A stretch of 62,442 nucleotides of DNA, filler included, from Circinaria calcarea (lineage: Eukaryota), in assembly GCA_051942165.1 (NCBI GenBank). It is 20 parts of 20 records of this genome, joined end to end, with 100 filler letters (N's around TTAATTAATTAA, not from the genome) between each part and the next. Parts side by side here need not be neighbours in the genome. Positions count along the whole stretch, not along the records: positions 37,608 to 40,630 come from JAVECS010003091.1; positions 40,731 to 43,748 come from JAVECS010003092.1; positions 43,849 to 46,865 come from JAVECS010003093.1; positions 46,966 to 49,981 come from JAVECS010003094.1; positions 50,082 to 53,097 come from JAVECS010003095.1; 15 more parts are not named here. The stretch is one strand, 5' to 3'. Under the pieces are notes generated by a model that saw nothing but the letters and a program-made list of their open reading frames with translations, was not told the DNA's origin and ran no database searches. Position numbers and translations under genes: made by a program. Below, piece after piece: positions 37,608 through 51,620 of the stretch; position 1 is the stretch's first letter, and every line of letters begins with the position of its first letter.

Positions 37608-40600
37608 GCCGTGTACCCGGTATAATGTTGGTACAAAGCTTGCGTAAGGTAGAACAGCATCTCCTTCCAGAAAGTGCCTAATGTATATTTGCAAGTTCGA
37701 ATGTAGTTCCATCTCCCATGGACGAGGAGGAGTTTAGAAAGGAAACGAAACTGGGCAATGGAGTAGTCGGATACGCGAGCGGCTTGGAGACCTTCTTTTC
37801 CTGTAATGCCAATGCCAAGATGGGCTTCTTGGATCATGGCGATATCATTTGCGCCATCACCAATCGCAAGAGTGATGGCTGACTTGAGACTTCTGCGGAC
37901 GGAGCGGATAAGAGAAGCCTTCTGAGATGGGGACGCTCTGCAGCAGATGACAGAGTCTACTCGGGTGGCGAGGTCGATGAAGTTATAATAAAGCTCCTCT
38001 TGTGCCTCTAATATTGAGAGGGTTTGGCCGTCTATCACGACGACGGTGTGGGCGACTTCTTTGTCACTGAGTGCCCGGAAGCTTGAGGCTATACGGTCAC
38101 CTACATGGCCAATCTCGTGGTCGAGGATTGTCAACGTCGAGTAGTCTTGAATCAAGCAGCATGATCGTCCAATGTTGATTGCTGTCTCCCGTTTATCGCC
38201 CGTCAACATCCAGACTTTAATGTCAGCACGGCGAAGCTGGTCGATTGTAGCTGGAACGCCATCCTGAAGCTTGTCCTCAATAGCGGTGGCGCCGGCAAGC
38301 TCAAGTTTATTCTCGATTAGCTTTGCAACCTCCTCTATCTTCTCTTGGCGATCCACAAGACTCGTGGACGCCTCGTCATATAGCTTCCTCCAAACCGTAT
38401 ATTCTTCTTCGTCGACATACCTATAACCGTACAGCAGAGTTCGGAGACCCTGAGTAGCAAAGTCATCAATGTGCTGAAAGCATCGCTCGAACATGACAGC
38501 ATCATCGGAGATCAGGTCATCGTCAACTCGTCTCTCGCAAGCTTGACTGTCGCTATGACGTGCCAGTGAGTGTCGTACAGGGGAAAGGGCAGATGTGCGT
38601 GGCGACCTATAGGAATCCACCATCTCTCCAGTTAACTGCGCGAGCGATGGTTCTTGGTAGTGTAGCCAGTCAGCTAGCTCGTTACGAATCGGCTCGAGTC
38701 GTTTGGCTGACAAGCTGGGTCTTCCAATCCCTCCAAGACTTGAACGACCAAGATTCATGCTCGAGCGCGTCATACTGTCCTTTCGGTTCTGTTGCTCACT
38801 CTTGCGCCTGATGGCCTCTTGAGCTTCGATACTTTTCCTTACTTGTGCCCTCTGGTCGACCTTTGCTGCCTTCTCTGAAGCGATTCCCGATAACCGTAAA
38901 AGTTGCATAAGAGTGGAGTCTGCCCCCTTGCAGTAGACACGGATGCGATTGTCAGGCATTCGAACGATCACTGACATTCTCTTCCTTTTACTCGAGAACT
39001 CGATAATCTGAAGCACTTTGTATTTTTCAAATATCGGCTGCTGCTGCCCGTGAGCAGAGGGAGTTATCTTAATTGTCACCATCCCAGGTTTCCTGTCAGC
39101 CAAGACATATCCTAACTCCCCTGCAGCGCGTACAAGAGCTTGCTCGTCCGGCGAGACGGCTTGAAACTTAATAACTCCATCCCCGTTCGTCTCGGGAGTG
39201 CAGGTATGACAGAGTGACATTGAAAGTAGGAGGTCTTTTACGGCCTTTGCAAAGTCTGTTTGCGGATTCGCCTTGAGATAGTCCAAAAGCTCCACGGTTC
39301 GTCGCTCAACTAATTGCTGCTTTGGAAGTAGAGCCATCGTATGAACAGTGTCTTCGCGAATGTCCAGATCATGGAACCAAGCAGTGCCATGTACACTCAT
39401 CTTTCGGAATCGCATCGAGTTGTTGGTGAGGGTGCCAGTCTTGTCAGAAAAGACATGACTGTCGAATGGTCAACGTATGTGACTTAAGACTCTGACGATG
39501 ACTTGCTTACCTGACTTGTCCCAATTCCTCATTGATCGTGGAAGTCCTTGCCTCCATTGGCGTGTTGGAGGCGTCGTCATACATATCTACATCGTTCATG
39601 AGGGTCATCTGAAATAATTTGACAATTTCAAGGCTCACGTAAAGCGACAATGGTATCAACCTGCATTCGTGTCAGGTCTTATCTCCCGTCTGTTATATAG
39701 AAGGATTGCGTACGTATTGAATAAGATGATAAAAGAGACTAGAATAGGGAAGAATGATATAGATGCATCCGCTAGATAGAAAGACTTTCGTTCTCTGGAT
39801 TTCCATATTTCATAACCGGCAGTATTGAAAATAGCCAGGGCAAGAACGAAACCGACAATCAGAAAGACTACCCTGTTGACCAAGGCTTGCAATGCAGGTG
39901 CCTTGATACGTGGGTTCTTCGTAGCGTTCATCCTGATCTTAGACTCCTCTCCAGAATATATAACCACCCCAATGACCTCGGCAGTGTTCCGGACTATACT
40001 CCCACGGTACAGTATCTCATTGTTCGTCAAAGGTAACGTCTCATGGTTGAGTGTTAGCTTTCCGTGAAAGCTATAGAGATCAAGGTTGGGGTCTTCAACA
40101 ACCAGATGTGCTCCGCATTCCATCAAATCATGAACAGTCTTGCAGTTCCTCGCCAATGTTGGTAAGGCTCCCTTACTTTTAAGATTTGTCTCTCCGTCCA
40201 AAGCCATTGTTTCCACATAAGCTACTCCATTCAGTCCTTCGACTTGCAATACTGCTAGATCTGCCGGTATAGCCTCATCTCGCTGCAACTTTACTAGGTC
40301 CCCAACTCGAACGTCCTGCCACTTTATACTCTTCCATATCTTTTCCCTACTTAGAATAGAAGGCCCTTTACCACTACCCAGATTTGTAGAAGGAGTTTGT
40401 TGGATATCAAGAACAGTTGCCGTGCTATTATTCTCGGCTTTATCCAACCGATGTCGCCGTATATCTTCGTAGCCTTCCTTGGCTATAGATATACCGACGA
40501 AAAATAGTAAAGGTACAAGGGTTGTGAATGTGCCTGTCGTCGATAATCCGGGGATCATCTGAAGGATAGACACGGAAAGAAAATAAAAGTTTGCTAACTT

Positions 40601-40630
40601 GGAGAATTGCGCCACGAGCTGCCGCGGCAA
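37608..40630 (-). CDS. DNF3: P4-ATPase phospholipid flippase (Dnf3-like), internal fragment
   Basis: QFSKLANFYF, ETMALDGETNLK, LIPLSLYVSLE, phosphorylation motif FSDKTGTLT, EFSSKRKRMS, MLTGDKRETA and AIGDGANDIAMIQ. Introns at 39661-39713 and 39459-39510. Confidence 0.95.
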
Positions 40631-41021
40631 NNNNNNNNNNNNNNNNNNNNNNNNNNNNNNNNNNNNNNNNNNNNTTAATTAATTAANNNNNNNNNNNNNN
40701 NNNNNNNNNNNNNNNNNNNNNNNNNNNNNNGTGGTCATTACTGATCACGGTGTTGGAAATTGGAAAACGGCACACGGTGATGATGCTGTTTCGAGATTCT
40801 GGGATATGGTGTAGAAGCCATCTGCCCGAAAGGATACCCAAAGGCATGGTATGAACGTCTAACTACTTAAGGTATTGTAATTCTACTGGGGCTTGGCCTC
40901 CTACCCATAAGATATAACGTTTCTCTTGAGACGGCCCAAGTAAGGGCTAACCGGTTTAGACGCCGGTTCAACGAAGAACGCCCCGACACCAGAGAATGAC
41001 CACAAAAGAAATTATCCACGC

Positions 41022-41816
41022 TCAATCCCTTAACCATGCCCTCCGTCTCTCCTCCTTCTTCTCTTTACGCTTCTCCTTAAAGGCCTTGAGCTCTTGCTTG
41101 GTCAACTTTTTCCCGCTCCTCTCCGCCTTCAGACTTTTGCCATTGTGACTGTTCGCCGCAGCATCAACGTCGAAGAAAGCGCTCATCTGCCTCCGGCTCT
41201 TGCTCTCGTCGTTAAAGTTCTCCGGAGTCAGAGAAGCAGCCTGCCACTTGCCGGTGAACCGATTGAATGCGCCGGCAGCCGTATAAGCAGCTGTCGGATC
41301 ACCTGGCTGAGCAGACGAGGCTTCCTGGGTTTGCGCTTCCTGGGCGTATGGAGCAGTGGGATCGTAATCGCCGTGTATTGCTGGATCGTAGCCGCCATGA
41401 GGTCGAGGGGCAGGAGGGTCTTCTGTACCGGGAGCTTTATTCGCTATCCTGTCGTAGTTACCTACACCCGGTGGTCCCGGCTGCACCTCGGGCACTCGAG
41501 GGTTTGTCCACTGTGATGCTCCAGTAAATCGGTTGAAGAAGTAATAGGCTTGTGCATTCTCGTCCCAGACAGGGGCCCATCCATCATCCTGAACGTTGGT
41601 GGGTGGTGGTACCTCTGCTGGGAGAGGTGGGGTTTCCTGAGGTAATGGCGGTTCTGTGAATTTAACGACCCTTGGATTCTGCTCTTCCTCCACTGCATAG
41701 TCCGCCGCCTCTTTCATGTTAGTCTCATCATCTCTCGACGCTGGAGCCAAAACAGATTCTCCACGCTCATCACGTGGGGAGTGTCGGCCCGACTTGGCGT
41801 GCATGCCTTCAGTCAT
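41022..41816 (-). CDS. WW-domain protein (conserved fungal)
   Basis: WW domain GWAPVWDENAQAYYFFNRFTGASQWTNP; basic C-terminus KSLKAERSGKKLTKQELKAFKEKRKEKKEERRRAWLRD. Start codon uncertain. Confidence 0.85.
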   Translation of the reverse strand: MTEGMHAKSGRHSPRDERGESVLAPASRDDETNMKEAADYAVEEEQNPRVVKFTEPPLPQETPPLPAEVPPPTNVQDDGWAPVWDENAQAYYFFNRFTGASQWTNPRVPEVQPGPPGVGNYDRIANKAPGTEDPPAPRPHGGYDPAIHGDYDPTAPYAQEAQTQEASSAQPGDPTAAYTAAGAFNRFTGKWQAASLTPENFNDESKSRRQMSAFFDVDAAANSHNGKSLKAERSGKKLTKQELKAFKEKRKEKKEERRRAWLRD

Positions 41817-42566
41817 ATATCTGCTCCTCTCGGACAGTAGTGGTTTTCGCAATAGGCAAAGAAAAGAGATGAGGGTGAGTGGAAACGGTTACGTTGATTA
41901 GAAAATGAGGTTACTGCTTAGCCTATCGCTTAAAAAGCGCAGACGCGACTAGCGCCATCTTCTCTCGGCAGCCGGGGATTTCACTCGGTCCAAAGCAGCT
42001 AGAAAAATTTTGATTCACCGCCTGATCAGGGGCAGATCGATCCATGCGAGCACGCGTCATTCCGTTGCGGGGGGATCTCCTCGATCTGGTACTACTTTGG
42101 TCGTAGGGGGTATTTATTGCTAAGTGCTACTCTAAAGCCACTAATTTTTCTATCAATTGACCGATTTTATTGGTGGACAGCAAAGCTCTAGCTATATCAG
42201 GCATGAATATACTAATACCACGCTAGCAATTAATACCCTTCCGACCATAGTATATCGGCGTGTGTCCCTGGTCCGAATCCAGGGACGCGATTTTAGCTTC
42301 AAATGCAGGGCTCCCGTTATGGTGGGCCAATCCACATAAATACTCGACTGGACCCCCGACTGCGACTATGGGAAGTACTTAACCGCCCTCGTGTGTTTCC
42401 CCTAGACAGTGATTATGCTGGTTGCTTGAAGCTCAATGGACTTCTTTGTGTAATATCGAGTTTATATATAACGACTTCGACAGTTGCGCAGCTATAGATC
42501 CTCAGTCGGCCAGAGAAGGATAAACATTTCCACATCCTTATAATAAAAATTTATACATCTGCCAGT

Positions 42567-43748
42567 ATGTCGTGGCTCAAGAATGCTTTCCTCGACAAGA
42601 AGACCGAGGTGGTTCTCTTCTCGTCCACCGCCATCGCCCTCTATGGATATGACCAAGGAATGATGTCGCTGATCAATACCAACCAAGATTACTTGAAGAC
42701 TATGGGCATATCAGAAGAGGATCCATTAGTCGGTGTCATTGTCTCGGTGTACTATCTTGGATGTGCTGTCGGTGCGGTATTGGCATCCTGGCTGGGAGAC
42801 AGGAATGGCCGGAAACCTAGCATCTTCGCCTGTCTTGCTACCACCTGCTTAGGAAATCTTATGATGTTTATAGCTGGCCTCGGCTACTCACCTGGCGCAA
42901 GAACGATAATGTTCATAGGAAGGACTATCATGGGCCTTGGAGTTGGCGGCATCGACGCTGTCATTCCGGTGTATTCGTCGGAACTTAATGAAGAGGGAGG
43001 ACGAGGCAAGGCTCTAGCACAAGAATTTCAATCGAATATCTTTGGCCTCAACATGGCGTTTGCTATCAATCTCTTCATCACGATTGCGCTTGGCAAACAG
43101 AATCAGTGGGGTAAGTTCTTGAAATGTTATATTTGAGTTTGTTGGTCTGACTTGAATAGCTTGGCGTATACCTATCATTGCTATGCAAGTCTACCCGGTC
43201 TTGCTACTCAGTTTCATTTACCGACTTCCTGAGACTCCCAGATGGTTCATTGCACATGAGAAAGAGGATGGAGCTCGTGATGCTTTGAATGACATTTGGG
43301 GAGATGATGAGGGCAAATCCAAGTTGGAAGAGCTCAAGTTGGCTCATGAAGAGGAATCAAGCAAGGCTGTTAACTATATTGATATGATCCGGCCTTCGGG
43401 CGCGCAATTCCATCCAACCATGATTACTATCATGGGTCAAGTCAACCAAGCTCTGACAGGCTATGGGGCAGTCAGTGTTTACGGCCCGCAAATCTTCGAG
43501 TTGCTAGGATTCGGCGTTCGACACTCCGAGTATCTGACACTTGGAAACTACGTATCATACTTTTTCATGATGACCTTTGCTTGGATGTACATTGACGTCG
43601 TTGGTCGCCGGATACTCATGGTTGGAGGCGCTTTTGGCATCGCAATCTGCTTCGTCATCTTGACCGTTTTAGGTGGTCTCGCCATGAACGCCGACAAACT
43701 CGGCATCCCCGTATTGGCGGTCTCAATCCCAGGTTGCGTCACTTTGTA
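42567..43748 (+). CDS. MFS sugar porter family transporter, 3' partial
   Basis: LYGYDQGMM, GDRNGRK, GRTIMGLGVG, PVYSSE, PETPRW, NQALTG and IDVVGRR. Intron at 43111-43159. Confidence 0.93.
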
Positions 43749-45299
43749 NNNNNNNNNNNNNNNNNNNNNNNNNNNNNNNNNNNNNNNNNNNNTTAATTAA
43801 TTAANNNNNNNNNNNNNNNNNNNNNNNNNNNNNNNNNNNNNNNNNNNNTTCAACTAACGGCATGGTGTCAGCAACATCCGGCCCTGTGCCATCACTATTC
43901 CACGATGACTCGGTGTCGCCTCAGACAGGTAACTATCATCCAACGTATACACAGAATTATGGGCATAGGCAACAGCCATCGTGGAGTAATAGGCGGGGCC
44001 ATGACGCAGAAGAGGAGGAGCCGGACTCGCCTGAGGAGGGTAGGCGGCCTGTGCACTATCGATTTTGACTTGTTGATTGTGTTTGGAAAGGTTTAGTCCC
44101 GCGATCTGGCATAGCGGCATTTGGTGAGGGGGTGTTATTTGAGATACCATTCTGCTTTATACTGTTTGAGTAGAATTTGTAGTTGTGTATTAGGAATCAG
44201 TACAAAGTAAGATGTAATATAAATCCATAAAAGTTGTTTTTCTTGTACACTATTGCAGCCTGGTAAACTGAGATATTGTAGTGCCATATTTTCCGATAGG
44301 CAAAACAATAGCCGAACGGGTTGTAAGACACGTGATCCACACATAGTATGGCCCCCCAAAAAAAATGGAAATTCCCAGTGGATAATTGCCTCCGCCCCTG
44401 AATGTCACGTTAGAATACGATTACATGACGAGAATTGGCGTAATATTACAGAATTGAACTTTTTCCACGATTAGCTAGAAATACTATGATTCAATTACAG
44501 GAATATATTTACCTAGGGATCTTCGCATTACAAGTGCGACTTCTTCACGTCAGTCAATTACTCGACATGGTGAATCGAACCCACGTACCGCGTTACCACT
44601 GCTACAATGGGCATTAGCCGGGAATTGTGGAAAATGGAGAGATCACATTTTACCGCCACAGAGGCACATGTATTGTGCAGGAACTTGAATTGAATATTCT
44701 TATTTACATATATAAACAAATTAAAGACGTCCCTCCAGTGCGGGGGATTATCGGCGGAGATTACCCTTATCGGACCGAGGGCTCGGCTAATCATCACTCC
44801 TTCCCCCGACAGCAAATGATATGGATTATATTTGGGGGCACGCGATGCCTCAGAAATCGAGTTTTGATGTTCGTCACGTTGCTGAGAATTTCTCTTGGCG
44901 AACCCTTTTTTTCCATTTTAGCACTTATTAAATTATCGTTTTTACTTGCGAGCTTTGTTCCGGAACGCAGTATTATTTAATGTAATACGGCAGCCACCTT
45001 CTGCTACGGTAATCTAGATTGGTTTGAGCTACCTGAATGGGTTAGGGCTACCCCAATCGGCTACGGCAGCCCCGAAACACTGATATGCCCAAAGTATCTG
45101 AAATCCTCACCTTGCAGCGTCGATGGTCCGAATACAGGTCACCACTGCGCTTCAATATTAGTATATACCTTACTGGATGCAGAGCGGGACTTAATGATTA
45201 GTCTGGCAGCCGGGGGATTATTCCTGATTCTAGCTTCTTCAAGCCATCCACAATCCTACGGCAGCAAAAGCTCACCTTCTTCCTTCAACCGGTGGACCC

Positions 45300-46865
45300 G
45301 TGGGTTCATCGAATTCTAGTATTCACACATTATATTACTAATTTACTATAGTAATGTCGAGCTGTTCTATCGCATACCCCAAGGCTCATCTTTTAAGCGT
45401 CGTCGGCAAGATACAGCAACTGGAACTGGACCTGGTCGGCCAGTGAAAAGACAGGCTACTCTTTCATCGTTTTTACAACTCACTACCTGGTAAGTCGAAT
45501 GTAACTCCATACCTAGGTAATAAGTTACTAATTAGGTTGATCAGTGCCCAGCCGTTACAAGATTTACTATCAGGCTTTAAACCGCAATCCGAGACCGCCG
45601 TCCCGATAACAGAACCATTAGACATGAACAAGGCTATTGATATAACACTCGACTTTACTGCTAGATACGATAACGACGCCACGATTTTAAGGGGTTTCTT
45701 AAAGTAGGTGGATATCATAACGCTTCAGTCTTCTATCCTCGAAACCTTGCGATGTCCTTTCACCATAATCTTGACATTAATAAAAAGACTTACGCATACT
45801 AAAGAAGAGCTTCTTGGGGTCGATGATGATCTATATAACCACAACACTGGTATATATCTTATTATCGTTACCGACGATCATGATTCCACGTTCATGAGAC
45901 TCTACGTTTGCCTGGTTACGGTGACATGAATCGAGGTTAGTGCAACATCAAAAAATTTTCGAAATTTTTTTTCGAAATTTTTTTTTCGGAAAATCAAAAT
46001 CTCTTTTCGACTTTGCGCACACCAGCTTTTATCATTTTTACTATAATAATTATTATAACAGCAGCGATAACGCATATAATTAAATAAGTAGCTTAAAATA
46101 ATATTATTACAATAATAAACCTCTGTTACTTACGCCGTAGTTATTCACTCGTAAATTCATAATAAATTACGAAGCCTTATTTATAATTAAAGTTAATAAA
46201 TAAAGAGCGTAACTATGGGAACCAAAGTGGGGGCGTAAAATTAATATTATTAAAGAATTTTCAAAATTATTACCCAACGCTTTTTTAATAATTAATAATT
46301 ATAATTTATATTATATAAATATTATAGCTCCGCCGCAAATTTAATTAAATTTTTATAAAAACGAAATTATATGTCGAACTTTACGAGGTCTGTAACTGCT
46401 CGATAAAGTCGTGTTGATTTAGGCGCTGTGTTACGTCTTCAATTACGTAGTCACAATGCAGTAAGTGAGGCAATTCATGTAGTATTCGAATCTATTATCG
46501 AGTATGAAAAGTCTATGGAATAAGTGCTAGAAAACAACGCTTTTTGTGTGTGTGTGACCACGCTAGTGACTCGCGTAAACGGCCACGTAAACACGTGCTT
46601 CTGCGTGTACGTCTCTAGTTCGACATTATATAATTATTCCGCAATAGGCAAATAGTTCAGTAAATTATTTAATATTTATAAAAAAAATATTCTAAGGCGT
46701 GCAGCGTACGAATATTTAAATCTTGATTTAATATATAAAACGAAGCTAAACGGATTTAAATATTAATAAATTCTTTATTACGATCAAGGATTATAATGTT
46801 ATTTTATTCGTTATATATAAAAAATAAGAATATATTAAAAATCTTAGGCCAGGAAGGCTATATTA
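45300..46865. mobile_element. AT-rich, RIP-like degraded repeat or transposon relic
   Basis: Very high AT, TpA-rich, with only short broken ORFs. Repeated AAATTTT(T)CGAAA motifs at 45951-45993. Family not identifiable. Confidence 0.45.
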
Positions 46866-49800
46866 NNNNNNNNNNNNNNNNNNNNNNNNNNNNNNNNNNN
46901 NNNNNNNNNTTAATTAATTAANNNNNNNNNNNNNNNNNNNNNNNNNNNNNNNNNNNNNNNNNNNNGAACAACCACCACTACTTCAAGTATCAAGGATTCC
47001 AACGCAAGAAATAAGGATGAAGTCTTCGTTACCAACCACGAAGACACAATCCTTCTGGAATGTCCCCAATATAAAAAGGTCAGTCAGTGTGGCAAAGCGC
47101 ATGCAAAACGGTAAGGAGACTAACACACAACAGACAATCGGGAGACAGAATAGAATAATGGGCTGGCTTGAAGGCGCTGTACGAGACAGAGGCAAAGGCA
47201 ACAGAGTAACGGGTGATCATTGGGAGCAGACAAGACAGTCGAAACTTTGGAAAGACGGGATTGTTAGGGAAGGCCGAAGAAAGTGACACAGTTCAAGATA
47301 CAAAGGAAATACTCGAGGACGTTGAGGTCAAAAGCACGTGTGGAGAATTTCCCCTGGTACCTGGACTAACGCCCTCCAGTAAAGCCGTTCCGGAGGAGGG
47401 GTTACCTGCATCCGCCTTGGCAACGGTAAGGTTAACACCTGAAGTTTGGAGGAGCAGAGGGACCGTGAATATGAGCCTCGAACACAAAAGATACTGTTGC
47501 TGCAGAGAACAACAGCGATATCGACAGCATGGCTGCATGGCTATACTACGATAGCGGTGTGACGCCTCTTCAAGTCTCATATATATCGAGAGATCACAAA
47601 CTGCTGGGATCTCCAACAGCAGTAAAGGTCTCTCTGGACAAGATGGGAAATAATAGATCTGGACAAGATGGAAAGAATAGGTGAGGAATCTTCATCCTGG
47701 CGATTACAATCTGACTCAAGTAGAAGGATTTACCGTAAGCGTCCGTTACGGAAACGAGTTCTGGAGGCTTTAGCGAGGTCCGAGGCGGATCATTGTAACA
47801 CTGAGGCAGAGAAAGGTAAGGTGAACGAAACGGGAGCACTGTGTGCGACTTTTACCATGTACGCTCTCTGCTAGTGGTGAGGTACGCCCAGGCCGACCAA
47901 ATCAAGCCTCGCAGCGAATTTAAGGCCCTTGACCATCCCCCTATTCGAGGCTAATCGCATTATAAGACTAGGGGAAGTCTCTTGCCAGCTACTCTGGGGA
48001 AGCGGTGATGACTCGGCGGTGATTTCACATCGGCCCCATCTTAGTGAGTAGTTCAGTCGAAGAGTTCGGCTCTACAGCTTCTACTGGTAGAAGGGCAGGT
48101 GTGACTCCATCGTCTGGTCGTCGCTGCTCCCCCCGAATCCGGGACAGGACCGGAAGGCCTTACGACAAGGAGAGGACGTAAATCATTGATGCGAATATTT
48201 TTCCAGGCTTTCCGTACCTTGCGGGGAATCCGGTTTGAACGATTCCTTGGAATAACCGCGCAGTTAAGCATACTCGAGAAGAGCAAATGCTAGGTCCAGG
48301 GGACGTGTCGAGCGTTGGCTCGAGAATATGGCCAAGAATCGCTGCTAATGCCTTTGCCCTACTGCTGCGGCAGGTCCTACGCCGGAAGGTGATTATTCTG
48401 GAGACCTCTGCACCGGGAGGTCAACAGTGTCGTATTTCATCTTACCGACAGAGTAAGATTCCCCCCAGCTCTCAATCTTACCCGCACTCCCAGGAGATCT
48501 CCAAGCGTACGGCCGACCGGACCAAGGAGTCGTTACAGGCTCACCCATCAACGGTAGAAGGTTGTGGCTAATAGTTGTATCTTGAACATCTAGACAATCA
48601 CTAAAGCCAGCTGTCAGCTCCCAACTGCAGGAATTATATGCTTGGGAAAAGGACTGTCTGGATGCCTAATTGGTAAGTAATATAAGCAATATTGTCTTAT
48701 TCACGGCTGAAAGCTTACAATCGTCTAGCAATCATGCCAGTATTGCCATACAGAACGTTATTAAGAACGTGTTATGACGACGGCTGAGAAAGACTCGTCA
48801 TGACGTGGGAAGAGAAGAGCTTGTAAGACATTACTGGACCCGGAAGGACGAATACTATACTAAGTATGTTCTAGAAAAATAATGCTATTCTGCACCTCAC
48901 CCGCGTAAGCGTACGAATGCAACAGAAGCTATTCAACAGTTATCAACGGTTTTATTTGCCAATCACGCTGTGGGGTGGAGCCACCACGGGGCGGGTTCCC
49001 AGCGATGGGTGCGGTAGCCTCGCCATTTGCCGGAAAAGCGGACACCGTGATGCTCTTCTACGATGTTCGGGCTGTAGGGCTAACACCCATCAACATCCAA
49101 TGTGCAGATTGCGGCTCTCGTTTATCCTTCAGTTTCCCGAGTCGCCAAGGCACTTTATGTACCCGTACTGGATTTTTCATGCCAAAATTGCCAAGAGATA
49201 CACATACCTCATGTTTCAGCAACACTATAAGGATGCATTTGTATGGAACTGGAGCAAGGATGCCGTGAGGCATGAAAAGACAATCGAGGCTGCGATACGA
49301 TTTATTCGCCAATATAAAGTAAACCGACTTCTGGAAACGAGTCTTTGTTGCAATCACGGAGCTGATAGCGAGGACTATGTTGTATTCCCCATCATTGGCG
49401 AAGCCTCCTCACTCTCTAAGTTTCCCTCTTTGATCACATCCTGTCAGAATCTACCCTTCTTCGATCCCATGTTCTCCCCTTTCTTCCACTCCATCTACCC
49501 CAAGACCACACCTTTGGCTATATATCCACCTATCCCAACTCCAATCCCTTCACTACTTCCTCTCATTCTTGGATCAGCTCAGCTCAAATGGTACCGCTTC
49601 ACTCCCTCAGCCAATAACCCCTTCCCCAATGCTTGCAGATGCCAAACTCTCCCCGTTCCACCTACAGGATTCAGAACAGATCAGCTCCAAAGGGAGAGGA
49701 GTTGGGGGTATTAAGGTATATCCACTACGAACATTTCCTGGAAATCTCGCAGGGTTTGGAGAATGTAATGTTTGGGGGCATTTAGGGGTAAATATCCAGC

Positions 49801-50081
49801 AGGCGGAGAGATAGGAATGCAGAGATCATGTTTATGAAAAGTCACCATGCGAGAACTTGTGAGAGGCTTTGAATAGTTTATAAAGCGGCAGACGCTATCT
49901 ATGACCTCCAAACCTTCCAAATCCCTTTATACAAGATCCCTTCCCTTCCTCGGTGCCCTTTCCCTCCCCTAATTTTCATCCNNNNNNNNNNNNNNNNNNN
50001 NNNNNNNNNNNNNNNNNNNNNNNNNTTAATTAATTAANNNNNNNNNNNNNNNNNNNNNNNNNNNNNNNNNNNNNNNNNNNN

Positions 50082-51620
50082 TATCACAGGTTATCATACT
50101 TTGAGCAGCTTGGGGATATTCAGATGGTAGCTGTTCTATCTTGCGTATTGACTGAACGCAGCATTATGCCACCTCTAACAACAACAGCTGAGACTGTGCA
50201 CCGTCCAGATGGTACAAAGCTATCTCACGGCTTATCTGAGGCCGCTACGTACCTCCCCTTTGAGACGGCATCGAAGAGTTTTGTAGACTATTTTCCTTCA
50301 GCTGAAGTCGCGATAAGTCTATTACAGCCTACGAGCCGCGCACAACCAGGAGTACCAGAGCCTGGCAAGCCGGCGATGGATGTCCCTTCTGGAGCGTCTT
50401 CGCTAGGTGCTTCGAACAGCGACCCAGTCACACCCTTCTCAACAGGTGTAACTCCACCGTCCAGCTACATGGCGGGCCGTCGGAGCCTTGAGCGTGTGTA
50501 CTCGAATAGCCAGAGCCTATCAACCTCACCAGAGCTGCTGAGACATGCTCATCGGTCGAATTCAAACCTTGCAATTGCTTTTACATCATTAGCGCGGCCC
50601 TTTTCGTTCACCGCCTCTGCATCTTCATCGCCACCTAACGCGTACTCCAGGAAACGAGTCAGTCCTGTTGGAAGCTATGCCGTCGTGTCTACCCCGAGTG
50701 CGACGTCCGGTGTGAGTAGCGCCTTGGGTCGAACGTTCAGCGCAACGGAAGAGTCCAAATCTGTATACGCTATCCAAGGGTTGGAAGCACCAGATATCAT
50801 TCCCACTACCAAAAAACTGAGCATCAAGATCAATCTGAAAAATCAAGGCAGTTTCCATAACGAGGGCTACACGATGGCGCCGCTTCTTGATTCCGACGAT
50901 GAGTGGCACTATCGAGCCTACAGAGAAGCTTATGCCCACCTGTTATAAATATGGGAGATGCCGATCAAGAAAGTCGAGATACTGAAATACAATTGCCGAA
51001 CGGCCGGCTGTCGAAAACCTTCGACGAAAGCCCGGGATGATCAGGCGCCCTCGTTGATTTCGATCGGCAGAATGAATGTGAGCAGCATGGCATCCTTATC
51101 CGACAAAGTCATTCTTGACATCAGGAGGAAATGTACGGTCTGTAGGAGTTCTGGAGATGGGAACTCGAGTTTGCAGTACTACAAGTGCGGTAGTTGTGCA
51201 TCGAGGGAAATGGCGCTGCATTGTGTTTTCTGCGCCGAACGAATCCGAGGTCATGCAGCCCCATGTCTCGCTTGTGGTCATGCTGTGCACTCACAATGCC
51301 GCTTGGCTTTGCTTGCGACCTCGTCCCTGACCACTGTGGGGCTTACTCAGCGTAGCCCTTGCGTTATCGGTTGCGACTGTCAATGCGGCGAAGCGAGCGG
51401 AGCCGAAGTCCAGCTTCCCGAAGATCCGCCTGTGAAGTCATCTACTCCGTCGACAATTGTGGGTAAAGAGGACGACGGAAGGCATGGGCGGCAGGATGAT
51501 GGGGACGCATGGGAAAGTCTAACGAAAAATCTCCGAGCAGCGGGAACGAAGTACGTGCAGCCGAAAGCAAGTCAGATTTGGAGAGGGCTGGAGCGGAACC
51601 ATGGTTCGCAGGGGCGATGA
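50082..51620 (+). CDS. MTC5: MTC5/SEA3 (WDR59, SEACAT/GATOR2) C-terminal region with Cys/His zinc finger; contains an in-frame TAA
   Basis: YFEQLGDIQMVAVLSCVL, SNSDPVTPFSTGVTPP and YREAYAHLL*IWEMP..KVEILKY; RING-like CVFCAERIRG..PCLACGHAVHSQC...CDCQC. Confidence 0.8.
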
